Positions 27,073 to 39,844 of a stretch of DNA of 54,184 bases are shown piece by piece. The stretch is taken from contig NC_068989.1 in the NCBI RefSeq assembly GCF_001194135.2, positions 27,947,398 to 28,001,581 of the forward strand, in the 5' to 3' direction. The notes beneath the pieces are model-generated. The model did not search any database. It saw only the letters and a program-made list of their open reading frames with translations, and was not told where the DNA came from. Made by a program: the position numbers and the translations under genes. Within the stretch, counting starts at the first letter, position 1; every line of letters begins with the position of its first letter. The DNA is from Octopus bimaculoides. Lineage: Eukaryota.

Positions 27073-27220
27073 TAGCCACTCCTGCGCTGTATTTTGTATT
27101 TCATACCGACACTTTTATATTTAATATATCTAATTTCTTTATCCGCATAACTGCCTCTATATAATGCGTGCATTGACAGATAAGGTAGTTAGATAGATGG
27201 ACAGACAGACAGACATAGAT

Positions 27221-27295
<75 letters not shown>

Positions 27296-29084
27296 TGAAC
27301 AGTGAGGAACGCATTGCGATATTTCACGTAAAATATGTTTAAAACTTAATACAATATAAAGCCGAAATAAATGAGTGTAGGCGGAAGTTAAGTAGCCTTT
27401 GGTCGAAGAAAAAGATAGTGGAAGTGGCATACGCCGACTAGTATTCCTAACCAATCTTTCTTTTATCCCTTGTTAATTGATAGATCCAATTTATTACTGA
27501 GAATGGTTCTTTGCTCCTAAAATTCTGAATGCTCTGGCATATTATTATAACGATATCAGTTATGTCTTAAGTACAGACAAATAGCCTTCTTCATGCAGCT
27601 GCATAACCCTCCGATCTCCTGAACAACTTCATTAAACTGTAACGTACCTCAACTGATAGTAGTTTGAAGCTATGAAAAATATAAATGCTCTAGTACCAGT
27701 CAAAGTTTAGATTAATATAGCATAACTCTAGACAAATCTCAACCCCACTATATTTGATAACTTGAATATTATGAAAGTTGGAAGCCTGTGAAGTAGATGT
27801 AAAGAAATATTTTTAATGATTCCAATTGCACTCTCACTTTATCATCCTATGAGGAAATATATATATATATATACATACATAACGCACACACACATACACA
27901 TACGCATACACATAGATGCAAATATAAACACGCACACACACATGCACACAAACACGCACGCGCAACCACGCACATGAATGCACACATACCTAACACGCTC
28001 ATACAAGCAAACACAGACACACACATACTTCAAACTACCAGCTCAACACCTTTCTACTGACCATTCTCCTACGCGCATGAGTAGGGCGACACACAACAGA
28101 CACCCACTCCTACCAAAATTCTTACTATAAATACTTCCTACGACCTAGGTCCAACCACACGCATACATAAAGAGCCACAACCACACACACACACACACGC
28201 ACATACACGTACTATCATTACACAGATACACAGACACGCGGGCAACGCACATACCCACACATACCCCCTTCTCTTACNNNNNNNNNNNNNNNNNNNNNNN
28301 NNNNNNNNNNNNNNNNNNNNNNNNNNNNNNNNNNNNNNNNNNNNNNNNNNNNNNNNNNNNNNNNNNNNNNNNNNNNNNNNNNNNNNNNNNNNNNNNNNNN
28401 NNNNNNNNNNNNNNNNNNNNNNNNNNNNNNNNNNNNNNNNNNNNNNNNNNNNNNNNNNNNNNNNNNNNNNNNNNNNNNNNNNNNNNNNNNNNNNNNNNNN
28501 NNNNNNNNNNNNNNNNNNNNNNNNNNNNNNNNNNNNNNNNNNNNNNNNNNNNNNNNNNNNNNNNNNNNNNNNNNNNNNNNNNNNNNNNNNNNNNNNNNNN
28601 NNNNNNNNNNNNNNNNNNNNNNNNNNNNNNNNNNNNNNNNNNNNNNNNNNNNNNNNNNNNNNNNNNNNNNNNNNNNNNNNNNNNNNNNNNNNNNNNNNNN
28701 NNNNNNNNNNNNNNNNNNNNNNNNNNNNNNNNNNNNNNNNNNNNNNNNNNNNNNNNNNNNNNNNNNNNNNNNNNNNNNNNNNNNNNNNNNNNNNNNNNNN
28801 NNNNNNNNNNNNNNNNNNNNNNNNNNNNNNNNNNNNNNNNNNNNNNNNNNNNNNNNNNNNNNNNNNNNNNNNNNNNNNNNNNNNNNNNNNNNNNNNNNNN
28901 NNNNNNNNNNNNNNNNNNNNNNNNNNNNNNNNNNNNNNNNNNNNNNNNNNNATATACATATATATATATATATATAGACACGATTAAATGAAGAAAACAA
29001 AATGGAAAGTAGGAAGTTAACAATAATTTACTATTAATAAATTAGTCATCTTATACGTATATATCCTTTTATTTTTTATTCTTT

Positions 29085-29464
29085 TTGGGAATTTCAGTCA
29101 TTTGACTGCGGCCTTGCTGGAGCACCACCTTTAGTTGAATAAATCGACCCCAGGACTTTTTCTTTGTAAGCCTAATACTTATTCTATCAGCTTCTTTTTC
29201 CGAACCGCTACGTGACGAGGAGGTAACCACACCAACAGTGGTTGTCAAGCGGTTTTGGGGGGGACAAACGCAGACACACACACGTATATATAAATATATA
29301 CGACGGGCATCTTTCAGTTTCCGCCTACCAAATGCATTCAGAAGATTTCGGTTGTCCCGAGGCTATAGTAGAAAATATTTGTCCAACGTGCAACGCAGTT
29401 GGACTGAACCCGGAACCGAGTGGTGGGGAAGCAAGCTTTTTGCCACACAGCCACGCCTGCGCAT
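29085..29464 (-). mobile_element. tRNA-derived SINE, near full length
   Basis: Head TGGCTGTGTGG...GGTTCAGTCC (A/B boxes). Body is shared with the 33463 and 34067 copies. Confidence 0.85.
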
Positions 29465-29822
29465 ATCGGTGAAAACTTTAAAAAAAGGTTTAAGGACGGC
29501 ATAGGGACTACTATGAAGTCACTTGGAATGGATCCAAAGGCCATAGAAACCCTTGCTTCGGATCGGTTTGGATGGCGAACAAACGTGTGGAGTTGAGTGA
29601 AAGTTTTTTGACTGAAAAGAGATTTAAAGAAGAAAGTTGCGATCGAGAAGGTGAATCTCAGTGAACTTTTTGTGTGCACAGTTTATGACAGACATATATT
29701 TTCTTATATATTGATAGAGTTGTTTTATTTTCCTTATATACGTAGTTTAACCCCGCCCTCTTTCCTCTAACTATATATGTTTGAGTGTGAACTGCATTTG
29801 TAAGTTATGAGAGTTTACCTTA

Positions 29823-29853
<31 letters not shown>

Positions 29854-30130
29854 CCATGTGTGTGTACTTAGATAACTTAGATAGGTTTTGGCCAGTAAGA
29901 TGTGTGTATATATGTTTTTGTATATATTCATTTGTATGTGTCTGCATATGTGCATATATGCATTTATGTGTATATGTGTATGCATGTATAGAGATAAATA
30001 TATATGTGTGTGTATGTATGCGTTTATGTATATGTATATATATATATATATAGATATATATGTATGAGAATATGGACCTATATATGTGTATATATTCATT
30101 TGTGTTTCTAGACGTGTGTATATGTGAATA

Positions 30131-30304
30131 CTGGGCTATTACACCAACGAGAGCAAGCGCTGCAAGCTGTGCATAACTGAACGTCGGGCGAGCATATTAA
30201 AGAACTCCTTCGACCCCGGGCACATCTCAAATTCCTGGACGGAAGTCTTTTCACTCTGCTTACACTTCAGGAGATTTCTACTGAAGACAATCCCTTGTCC
30301 TTAA
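30131..30304 (+). mobile_element. Penelope-like GIY-YIG endonuclease C-terminal fragment
   Basis: ATG-less frame absent from the ORF track: LGYYTNESKRCKLCITERRASILKNSFDPGHISNSWTEVFSLCLHFRRFLLKTIPCP*. It matches the KRCxLC..E...N..E...C.H..FLL tail of Penelope endonucleases. Confidence 0.75.
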
Positions 30305-30383
30305 CTCTTCTCCTTTGTCATTGCGTTCAACAACTAACCACGAGGTCTTTTCTACATCTACTTTGAAGAAAAGTTATAGACCA

Positions 30384-30459
30384 CTGGTCATCAGAGTCTG
30401 AAGAGACATCGTAAAGCTAAGCACTTTATGGACGTGAAACCCGGTAAACCATAGACCGG
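30384..30459 (+). ncRNA. Hammerhead-like motif in the Penelope 3' region
   Basis: CUGAAGA at 30398. Long stem II (ACAUCGUAAAG/CUUUAUGGACGU), then GAAACCCGGUA (helix III ACC/GGU, GUA triplet). Distal stem I CUGGUC/GACCGG pairs, but proximal stem I is poorly paired. Confidence 0.45.
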
Positions 30460-30478
30460 CCACAACTATCTGTATCTA

Positions 30479-30590
<112 letters not shown>

Positions 30591-30778
30591 NNNNNNNNNN
30601 NNNNNNNNNNNNNNNNNNNNNNNNNNNNNNNNNNNNNNNNNNNNNNNNNNNNNNNNNNNNNNNNNNNNNNNNNNNNNNNNNNNNNNNNNNNNNNNNNNNN
30701 NNNNNNNNNNNNNNNNNNNNNNNNNNNNNNNNNNNNNNNNNNNNNNNNNNNNNNNNNNNNNNNNNNNNNNNNNNNNNN

Positions 30779-30819
<41 letters not shown>

Positions 30820-30969
30820 GGAGAAATTGTACAAAATGTATAAATGGATGATGAGTAAAGTACCGGGACAGTTTCGATTACCTGTCGCTATCCGTAGATT
30901 TCCTGCAGGAACTTTGTAGTGGCAGTTGGGGTAGTAGTATTAATAAAATAGGACATGGAATGTGTAATA

Positions 30970-31009
30970 GACTTTATTGTTTCGACCCGTTCTGGGTGTC
31001 TTCAGGTAC
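30970..31009 (-). ncRNA. Hammerhead-like motif, possibly decayed
   Basis: Minus strand reads GUAC-CUGAAGA-C-ACCC-agaac-GGGU-C-GAAAC-aauaaa-GUC. Stems II and III pair with a GUC triplet, but stem I is weak. Confidence 0.35.
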
Positions 31010-31601
31010 ATCAATAAAAAGTCTCACTAGAGATTTCTTGAGTCGGCTTACGTACCGCTATGTGTCCATCAAATTCGAGAATGAGTAAAATCAAAAAAAA
31101 AAAAGAATTTATTGAAACGCAAACAATTCAAATATGAACATGGGAAGTATACATTCTAGTTTAGAGAAAATGACGTAATCAGCTTTCGCTGCTGTAACTG
31201 TTAAGAGAAGGAAAGGAAGTAGAAGTTCAAAGGAAGACAATACTTAGACGAAAATGTCTTTTGTGTTCTCCTTAGACGCATATATACATATATATATATA
31301 TATACATATTCATACGCGCTCACACATGCACATCCAAGTATATGGGCATTTCATAGCACTAGATACAAGCGCATACGCACACGTATCGACAAATATATAC
31401 ATATATACGTATAGGAACTCGTATACGCAGGTACACACATGTATATATACATAAATATACGTACAAAGCATAGATGTATGTGCATAGATTGTTACGTAAA
31501 GCAAGGTGCACACGTTCGTGCAAAGCGTCACACACATACGTGTTAATACATTCATATATACACATAAGTAAATATATATATACATATATATATACATATA
31601 C

Positions 31602-31634
<33 letters not shown>

Positions 31635-32299
31635 NNNNNNNNNNNNNNNNNNNNNNNNNNNNNNNNNNNNNNNNNNNNNNNNNNNNNNNNNNNNNNNNNN
31701 NNNNNNNNNNNNNNNNNNNNNNNNNNNNNNNNNNNNNNNNNNNNNNNNNNNNNNNNNNNNNNNNNNNNNNNNNNNNNNNNNNNNNNNNNNNNNNNNNNNN
31801 NNNNNNNNNNNNNNNNNNNNNNNNNNNNNNNNNNNNNNNNNNNNNNNNNNNNNNNNNNNNNNNNNNNNNNNNNNNNNNNNNNNNNNNNNNNNNNNNNNNN
31901 NNNNNNNNNNNNNNNNNNNNNNNNNNNNNNNNNNNNNNNNNNNNNNNNNNNNNNNNNNNNNNNNNNNNNNNNNNNNNNNNNNNNNNNNNNNNNNNNNNNN
32001 NNNNNNNNNNNNNNNNNNNNNNNNNNNNNNNNNNNNNNNNNNNNNNNNNNNNNNNNNNNNNNNNNNNNNNNNNNNTATATATAATATACATACACGTACA
32101 TATAAATGCATATACACACACACCTATATATGTATATATATATAGACATGTATATATATACATATATCTATATATATATATATGGATCTAGATTGCAAGA
32201 TCATATGTCAAATACAAGTTATTCGAATATAGTTCCCCAAGCTCATGTGTATTACGAGTTGTGGGCGCCATGTATACATCAAACTGTGTTTGATCGGGA

Positions 32300-33080
32300 T
32301 TGTAATATGCGAGTGTGTGTGTAGCTTCGTGTAGGTATCTTGGCAATTGTTTAATGAACTTATTTATAATGCGCTCGTTTGTTTATCGAGAGTGACTCCT
32401 TGGAGCATCACTGGTATTTCCAGGATATAGTGTTGTAGGGACTCGGGTGTCTAAATATTGAACATGTAAGGTCGTATTTTGTCTTTACTTCTATAAGCCT
32501 CCAGATAAAATCGGCCGGCGATGTTACATATAGTTTAAGGGTATTTCGAAAGCTGGCGACGTGGTTGCGGTATCGAGTTTTGAAAAAATCGGTCGATGCC
32601 CCGATATATACGCAATGTTTATAGGACACTTGCACTTATATACGTAGTGTTTGAAGTGCACTTGTATACCACGTTCTTGTCAAACATTGGTTATCCAAAG
32701 GACAATTGGATCTATCTCTGCATGAGCATAACTGTTTGATTTTGTTAGCTTGTGCACATCGAGCGCTGGAGGGATTGGTTTTGTTCGGTATGTTTGTTGT
32801 CGATATTATCGTTTTATTATCACTATTTTTAGGTGTTCTCAGTTTATTATTTGAATTGTTGCTGGTGTTATTTGTTGGATCATTATTATGGATAGCGTAA
32901 TAATTGTTCTGTTGGTTGGTACTAGAATTCGAGTTATAAACGTTGTCTTTAGGTTGGTCATATGAGCTATGGTTGATGTCCAGAAGGTTATTTTGAGTGC
33001 TGACTAACTCCGTTATCAGTACATAGACTTGTGCTATGTTTGTGGCTATAAGGGTCTTTGACTCTTATTTCTAGAAATGT
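32300..33080 (-). mobile_element. Penelope-like element 3' fragment (GIY-YIG endonuclease), frameshifted
   Basis: Minus strand reads KQLCSCRDRSNCPLDNQCLT / NVVYKC and VYIGASTDFFKTRYRNHVASFRN...FIWRL...PSPY. This is the CxC..CPL...C / VY..YIG..FKxRYxNH signature of Penelope GIY-YIG domains. Confidence 0.8.
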
Positions 33081-33260
33081 AAGAGCTACAATACTCCCTC
33101 ATTACTATTAGTGACAATTGTGTTTGTGTTAGTGTGTATGCGTGCGTGCGTGCGTGTGTATGTGAGAGTGTGTGTGTGTATGTGTGTGTGTGTATGTGTG
33201 TGCGTGTGCGCGTGTGTGTGTGTGTGCGTGTGTGCTATTTTTTTGTACGAATTTTTCTCA

Positions 33261-33410
33261 TGTGAAACAATTGAGCGAGGAAAAACCAAAAGATTCAAGA
33301 ATGGGAAGGAATTGAGAGTGTATACAAACCTGAATTGCAAAACAGAAAATCTCATCTACTCCATCACATACTCTACTCATAATACAATGGGAATTATATC
33401 GGAGAAACAA
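33261..33410 (+). mobile_element. Penelope-like GIY-YIG N-terminal fragment
   Basis: CETIERGKTKRFKNGKELRVYTNLNCKTENLIYSIT, then after a frameshift GNYIGET (IY...YIGET motif). Confidence 0.55.
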
Positions 33411-33462
33411 AGACAAAGATAACCAGTTGTGTATTCGTGTATAAATAAGAAATTAAATTTGC

Positions 33463-33950
33463 TCTTTTACCTGTTTCAGTCTTTTGACAGTGGCCATCCT
33501 GGAGCACCGCCTTTAGTCGAGCGAATCGACCCCAGGACTTATTCTTTGTAAGCCTAGTACTTATTCTATCGTCTCTTTTGCCGAACCGCTAAGTTACGGG
33601 GACGTAAATACACCAGCATCAGTTGTCATGCGATGTTGGGGGGACAAACAGACACACAAACATATACACACAAATATATACACACACACATACATATATA
33701 TATATATACATATATACGATGGGCTTCTTTCAGGTTCCGCCTACCAAATCCACTCACAAGGCTTTGGTCGGCCCGAGGCTNNNNNNNNNNGGGCTTCTTT
33801 CAGGTTCCGCCTACCAAATCCACTCACAAGGCTTTGGTCGGCCCGAGGCTATAGTAGAAGACACTTGCCCAAGGTGCCACGCAGTGGGACTTCACCCGGA
33901 ACCATGTGGTTGGTAAGCTAGTTATTTACCACACAGCCACTCCTACGCCT
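33463..33950 (-). mobile_element. tRNA-derived SINE, full length
   Basis: Minus strand reads AGGCGTAGGAGTGGCTGTGTGG...CCGGGTGAAGTCCCACTGCGTGGCACCTTGGGCAAGTGTCTT, with A/B-box-like motifs and a simple-repeat tail. It contains a 60-bp assembly duplication around a 10-N gap. Confidence 0.88.
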
Positions 33951-34066
33951 GGTATATAAAATATTCATCTTTTTAAAATGTTCGATATCATAAATATCTA
34001 GACATCTGTACAAATGGAAAATTTTGAAATATACGCCTTGTACAAAATAACAAATGAAAATGATCA

Positions 34067-34437
34067 ACTGCGTGGCACCTTGGACAAGTGTCTTCTACTA
34101 TAGCCTTGGGCCGACCAAACCCTTGTGAGTGGATTTGGTAGACGGAAACTGATAAAAACCCGTCGTATATATGTATATATATATATGTATATGTATGTCT
34201 GTGTATATGTTTGTGTCTTTGTTTGCCACCCACCCACCCCACATCACTTGACAACCAATGCTGGTGTGTTTATGTCCCCGTAACTTAGCGGTTCGGCAAA
34301 AGAAATCGATAGAATAAATACTAGGCTTCCAAAGAATAAGTCCTGGGGTCGATTTGTTCGACTAAAGGCGGTGCTCCAGCATGGCCACAGTCAAATGACT
34401 AAAACAAGTAAAAGACTAAAAGACTAAAAGAGTAAAA
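34067..34437 (+). mobile_element. Same SINE family, 5'-truncated, opposite orientation
   Basis: Starts ACTGCGTGGCACCTTGGACAAGTG and ends with an (AAAAGACT)n/AAAAGAGT tail. It is homologous to the reverse complement of 33463-33890. Confidence 0.88.
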
Positions 34438-35155
34438 TAGTAATGAGGAACTAAGGAAGGAAAAGAATTTTATAAGTATTCGAAATCTGAAACTAAGCCG
34501 GAATTAAGGAACTATTTAAAATATTCCCCTTTTACTGATCACTGGGTGAAAATGAGCAACTACGAAAGACGAAGAAAGAAGAATTTATAAACTTTCTAAA
34601 NNNNNNNNNNNNNNNNNNNNNNNNNNNNNNNNNNNNNNNNNNNNNNNNNNNNNNNNNNNNNNNNNNNNNNNNNNNNNNNNNNNNNNNNNNNNNNNNNNNN
34701 NNNNNNNNNNNNNNNNNNNNNNNNNNNNNNNNNNNNNNNNNNNNNNNNNNNNNNNNNNNNNNNNNNNNNNNNNNNNNNNNNNNNNNNNNNNNNNNNNNNN
34801 NNNNNNNNNNNNNNNNNNNNNNNNNNNNNNNNNNNNNNNNNNNNNNNNNNNNNNNNNNNNNNNNNNNNNNNNNNNNNNNNNNNNNNNNNNNNNNNNNNNN
34901 NNNNNNNNNNNNNNNNNNNNNNNNNNNNNNNNNNNNNNNNNNNNNNNNNNNNNNNNNNNNNNNNNNNNNNNNNNNNNNNNNNNNNNNNNNNNNNNNNNNN
35001 NNNNNTATATATATATATATATATATCAGAATGTATGCATATGCTTGTATTGACATACGTATATATACACACATGTAGACATATATAAAAACACACATAT
35101 ACACGCATATACGCACAACATACACACACACGCACGGGCACACAAACATGTATAG

Positions 35156-35232
<77 letters not shown>

Positions 35233-35289
35233 CAGAAGGGTATATAATAATACATCTCATATATATAATATATATAATATATATAATAT

Positions 35290-38200
35290 ATGGTGGCGTT
35301 GGAATGTGGAGGAGGCGAAAGTGGGGAAAGCAACCGGGGTAGGGTGACGGTGGGGTAAATGTGGAGTATGTGGGAGTGGGTGTAAGGGATAGGGTGGGGA
35401 TGGGATGAGATGGATAGGGAAGGTGGGGTTGGATTGGGTAGAGGTTGGGTTACGAGGGAGGAGAGACGATGAAGGGCGAGGGGAGGGAGAAGTTGGGTAG
35501 GAGTGAAGAGAATAGAGAAGGAGAGTAGGAGTGAAGAGAAAAAGTAGGAGTCGGAGCAAAAGAGTAGAGGTGGGTGGGAGGAAGTAGGTGTGAGAGGGAG
35601 AGAGGAGAGGGGAGGAAGTTTAGATGAAGAGGGGAGGAGGGTTAGATGAAGAGGGGAGGAGGTTGAGCCTAGGTGGTGCAAAGGAGCGAAGAGAGAAGAT
35701 TAATCCCTGTTCACGGCAAAGACGGGAGTCCGGATGGCCCCTGTGCACGGACAATGCGAACACAGACAGGTGTTGCAAAGAGTGACCGGTAGACTGGAAA
35801 TGGCGCGAGACCGGAGTGTCATTGCCGAGTCGGATGTCTCGGATGTGTTCCGCGAACCGGTCAGCCAAGCGGCGTCCCGTTTGCCCNNNNNNNNNNNNNN
35901 NNNNNNNNNNNNNNNNNNNNNNNNNNNNNNNNNNNNNNNNNNNNNNNNNNNNNNNNNNNNNNNNNNNNNNNNNNNNNNNNNNNNNNNNNNNNNNNNNNNN
36001 NNNNNNNNNNNNNNNNNNNNNNNNNNNNNNNNNNNNNNNNNNNNNNNNNNNNNNNNNNNNNNNNNNNNNNNNNNNNNNNNNNNNNNNNNNNNNNNNNNNN
36101 NNNNNNNNNNNNNNNNNNNNNNNNNNNNNNNNNNNNNNNNNNNNNNNNNNNNNNNNNNNNNNNNNNNNNNNNNNNNNNNNNNNNNNNNNNNNNNNNNNNN
36201 NNNNNNNNNNNNNNNNNNNNNNNNNNNNNNNNNNNNNNNNNNNNNNNNNNNNNNNNNNNNNNNNNNNNNNNNNNNNNNNNNNNNNNNNNNNNNNNNNNNN
36301 NNNNNNNNNNNNNNNNNNNNNNNNNNNNNNNNNNNNNNNNNNNNNNNNNNNNNNNNNNNNNNNNNGGGGCGGGGGCGGGGGCGGGAGGGGGAGAAAGCAG
36401 ATGCACGGTCCACGGAACGTGCTCTGGCAAGGGCGGTGTGTATAGTGGTGTGGGGGTATTCACATAGGATGAAGTGGCGAGCCATGAGTTGAGACTGAGT
36501 CTCAGTCATGGTCGTCACTGTAGAGCCTGCGTAAACGGAGGAATTGGGAATAGGTGATGGAAAGCTTGGTGTGCTTAGGGTGGGAGGAGAAGTTGTTGTA
36601 TGAGCGTGAGTCTGTATGTTTGTAGTGGATGGAGGTGGTGAGAGTGGAGTGATGAATGCTGACCAAAATGTCAAGAAAGGAGACAGATGTGTCAGAGATA
36701 GTGCAGAAGATAGTGCAGGATAGAAAAATTTGACCAAAGAGAGGAAAGAGTCTAGTTGTTCGCGGGAGAGTGAGGTCACACCAATACAGTCGTGAATATA
36801 GCGACCGTACAGTTCGAGAGTGGGACAAGTGAAACTTGAGAATATTTGGGCCTCAACGTAGCCAACGAACAGGTTCGCATATTTGGGGCCCATTCTCGTT
36901 CCCATGACTACTCCCCAATTGCTGGTAAAAATTACCAGCGAACGAGAAGACGTTGAGTGAGAGGACAAGTTCGGCCAGATGAACGGGTGTGGATGTGTCA
37001 GGTTGGGGGTTGAGGGTTGGGTCGAAGGTCAAGGAACTGTTGAAGTGCACGCAGCCTCTCGTGGTGAGGGATCACCGTGTTAAGGCTCTGGATATCGAGA
37101 GTGAAAAGAAGTTTAGAGGGGCCAGGAAGGAAGGAGAAAGAGTTGAACAAACGAAGTGCATGGTTGGTGTCATGGATGTGAGAGGGGAGAGAAGTCACTA
37201 GGGGGCAAAGACACGGTCAAGATATCTGGCGATGAGTTCGGTGGAGCAGTTGCAGGCGGAGACGTTGGGATGGCCAGGGTTGTTGGGTATGTGCATTTTG
37301 AGGAGGAAGTAAATTGTGAGGGTGCGAGGGGTGCGAACAATGAGGTTGGAGGCGGTGGGGGAGACGGGAGGAGGAGATGAGGTCATGGATAGTGGAGGAC
37401 ACAGTTTGTTGGTTGCTGGGAGTGGGGTCAGAAAGTACAAGGCAGTAGAAGGAGGTGTTTTGAAGTTGGCGAAGTGCTTCCGCCTTGTAGNNNNNNNNNN
37501 NNNNNNNNNNNNNNNNNNNNNNNNNNNNNNNNNNNNNNNNNNNNNNNNNNNNNNNNNNNNNNNNNNNNNNNNNNNNNNNNNNNNNNNNNNNNNNNNNNNN
37601 NNNNNNNNNNNNNNNNNNNNNNNNNNNNNNNNNNNNNNNNNNNNNNNNNNNNNNNNNNNNNNNNNNNNNNNNNNNNNNNNNNNNNNNNNNNNNNNNNNNN
37701 NNNNNNNNNNNNNNNNNNNNNNNNNNNNNNNNNNNNNNNNNNNNNNNNNNNNNNNNNNNNNNNNNNNNNNNNNNNNNNNNNNNNNNNNNNNNNNNNNNNN
37801 NNNNNNNNATCGAAGGGCCGAGAGTTCGGTTGGGGAGATGTTCAGATGACGGGTCGTCTAGAAAAGCTAAACCGGTCTACAGCGCGCTGGCAGGCGCGCT
37901 GCAAAAAGATCGACTGCTTGGAACTGGCCAGGAGCTGGCGTCCACTGGGATGGTTGGCGGCCAAGGTCGGTAAAGCAGTCCTCCTCATTAGATGCAGGTG
38001 GAGTGTCGCAGAAAAGCGCACACAGCCTAAAACGGCGCACAAAGCTGTGGATATCGGCACGAGGCCGAAATTCGTTGCTGGATGGAGTGAGGGAGATGAA
38101 GTGCACACTCCTACTGAGGAAGGATCACTCAGCCTCAGAGAGGGGAACATCTAGAGGAATGGTAACAACAGACTGAAGTGGAGAAGAGGTGAATGGAATA

Positions 38201-38790
38201 GAAGTAGAAGGGGTGGTGGGGATGGTGGAAGGCTGGGAAGGAGAGGATAGGTGTATGTGTGGGGGTTGGAGGGACAGGGGTTAGGTGAGGGTGGGGAGCG
38301 TATCAGGGAGGGAGTTGGGGTGGTGGCATCGGGTGTGATGGAATGGAGGTGGGAATGGAGTTTGCGTTGTTTGGTGTGAGCAAGAAATTGATGAAGGAGA
38401 TGATTTAAATGAATTGTGTAACGTAACGTAGTGTTTGCATGGGAGGGCAACTGAGTGGAGAAGACGGGAAAAGCAAGAGGGAGAAGACGGTCGATTGTGT
38501 GTATTTTGGAGAGATTAGAACGAATGGTGGCAGGATTTAGTATGGGTAGAAGTGTGGGTAGGATAGTTGTAGTAGAGTGGAGAGTGGGGTGGAAATTGAG
38601 GCGGAAACCTTTACGGATGAAGCAATGATGCAAGCAGCGACTGAGAAACGAAATGGGACTACAGAAACGAGTTTTTGTTTGAAAATTAGTAGGGAAAGGT
38701 TACTAGAAGGATGAAAGCAACGGAAAGGAAGTGTGGAAAGGTGATATTTTAGACGGTGGTGAAGTTGGAGGAGGAAAGATATATAAATAT
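35290..38790 (-). mobile_element. Penelope-like retroelement (RT plus GIY-YIG), decayed and gapped
   Basis: RT motifs LAELVLSLNVFSFAGNFY, VVMGTRMGPKYANLFVGYVE and LYGRYIHD. Endonuclease tail DRFAEHIRDIR...PVSRHF...GHS...REQGLIFSL..FAPPRLN. Multiple frameshifts and two N gaps. Confidence 0.88.
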
Positions 38791-38836
38791 ATAGATATAT
38801 ATATATATATAAATGTAAATGTATGTATATGGTTGT

Positions 38837-38903
<67 letters not shown>

Positions 38904-38932
38904 CAGTGGAGTATAAAATAATTCATCTTTAA

Positions 38933-38965
<33 letters not shown>

Positions 38966-39247
38966 NNNNNNNNNNNNNNNNNNNNNNNNNNNNNNNNNNN
39001 NNNNNNNNNNNNNNNNNNNNNNNNNNNNNNNNNNNNNNNNNNNNNNNNNNNNNNNNNNNNNNNNNNNNNNNNNNNNNNNNNNNNNNNNNNNNNNNNNNNN
39101 NNNNNNNNNNNNNNNNNNNNNTAAAATGCAGAGATACCTATAATAAGACATCTAACCCGCTAGAAATAGCAGCAAAAGACTACATACCACAAAAATTAGG
39201 GATAATTTCGAAAGGGAATGAAACATAAAAACATTTACCAATCTATA

Positions 39248-39325
39248 TTCTGTACCATGGTTTCAAGTCAATTTTAGTAAGATAAAAATTATATATCTTA
39301 CAAGGTCGGACTATCATCAGCAGAA
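39248..39325 (-). ncRNA. Type I hammerhead ribozyme motif (inverted unit)
   Basis: Minus strand reads UUCUG-CUGAUGA-U-AGUC...GACU-U-GAAACCAUGGUA-CAGAA. Confidence 0.65.
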
Positions 39326-39766
39326 ATGACCAGACAACATATGAAGCACGAGTCAATAAGCAGCATGGTTCGTGTTCCTATGTCTAATTTTTCAAAATAT
39401 ACCGCTTATTTGCGGTTTACCTAATGGGCAGCAAATACAAAAATGTCGATTTTCGTTCAGAAAATTAGCCAAGAGTAAGGCATCTCTGCATTTTAAATGA
39501 ATAATACATAGTCTATTGACTGTTTTTTTTTACTCTCGCTAGACCACTGGTGGTAAATAAAATTTCTAAAACAATTTTTTTTGCTACCCTATAATTTATT
39601 AATAATGATAAAATTCTATTTGGCTAATTTTCTGAAAGAAAATCGACATTTTTGTATTTGCTGCCGATTAGATAAACCGCAAATAAGCGGTATATTTTGA
39701 AAAATTAGACATAGGAACACGAACCATGGTGCTTATTGACTCGTGCTTCATATGTTGTCTGGTCAT

Positions 39767-39844
39767 TTCTGCTGATGATAGTCCGACCTTGTAAGATATA
39801 TAATATTTATATTACTAAAATTGACTTGAAACCATGGTACAGGA
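39767..39844 (+). ncRNA. Type I hammerhead ribozyme motif (unit 2)
   Basis: UUCUG-CUGAUGA(39772)-U-AGUC...GACU-U-GAAA(39828)CCAUGGUA-CAGGA. Palindromic helix III ACCAUGGU, predicted cleavage after A39839. Confidence 0.65.

Noticed and set aside
33721-33850. Exact 60-bp direct repeat separated by 10 Ns
   Set aside because: Typical unmerged contig overlap, so an assembly artefact.
33880-33950. tRNA-like A/B boxes in SINE heads
   Set aside because: No cloverleaf or acceptor stem; these are SINE promoters, not tRNA genes.
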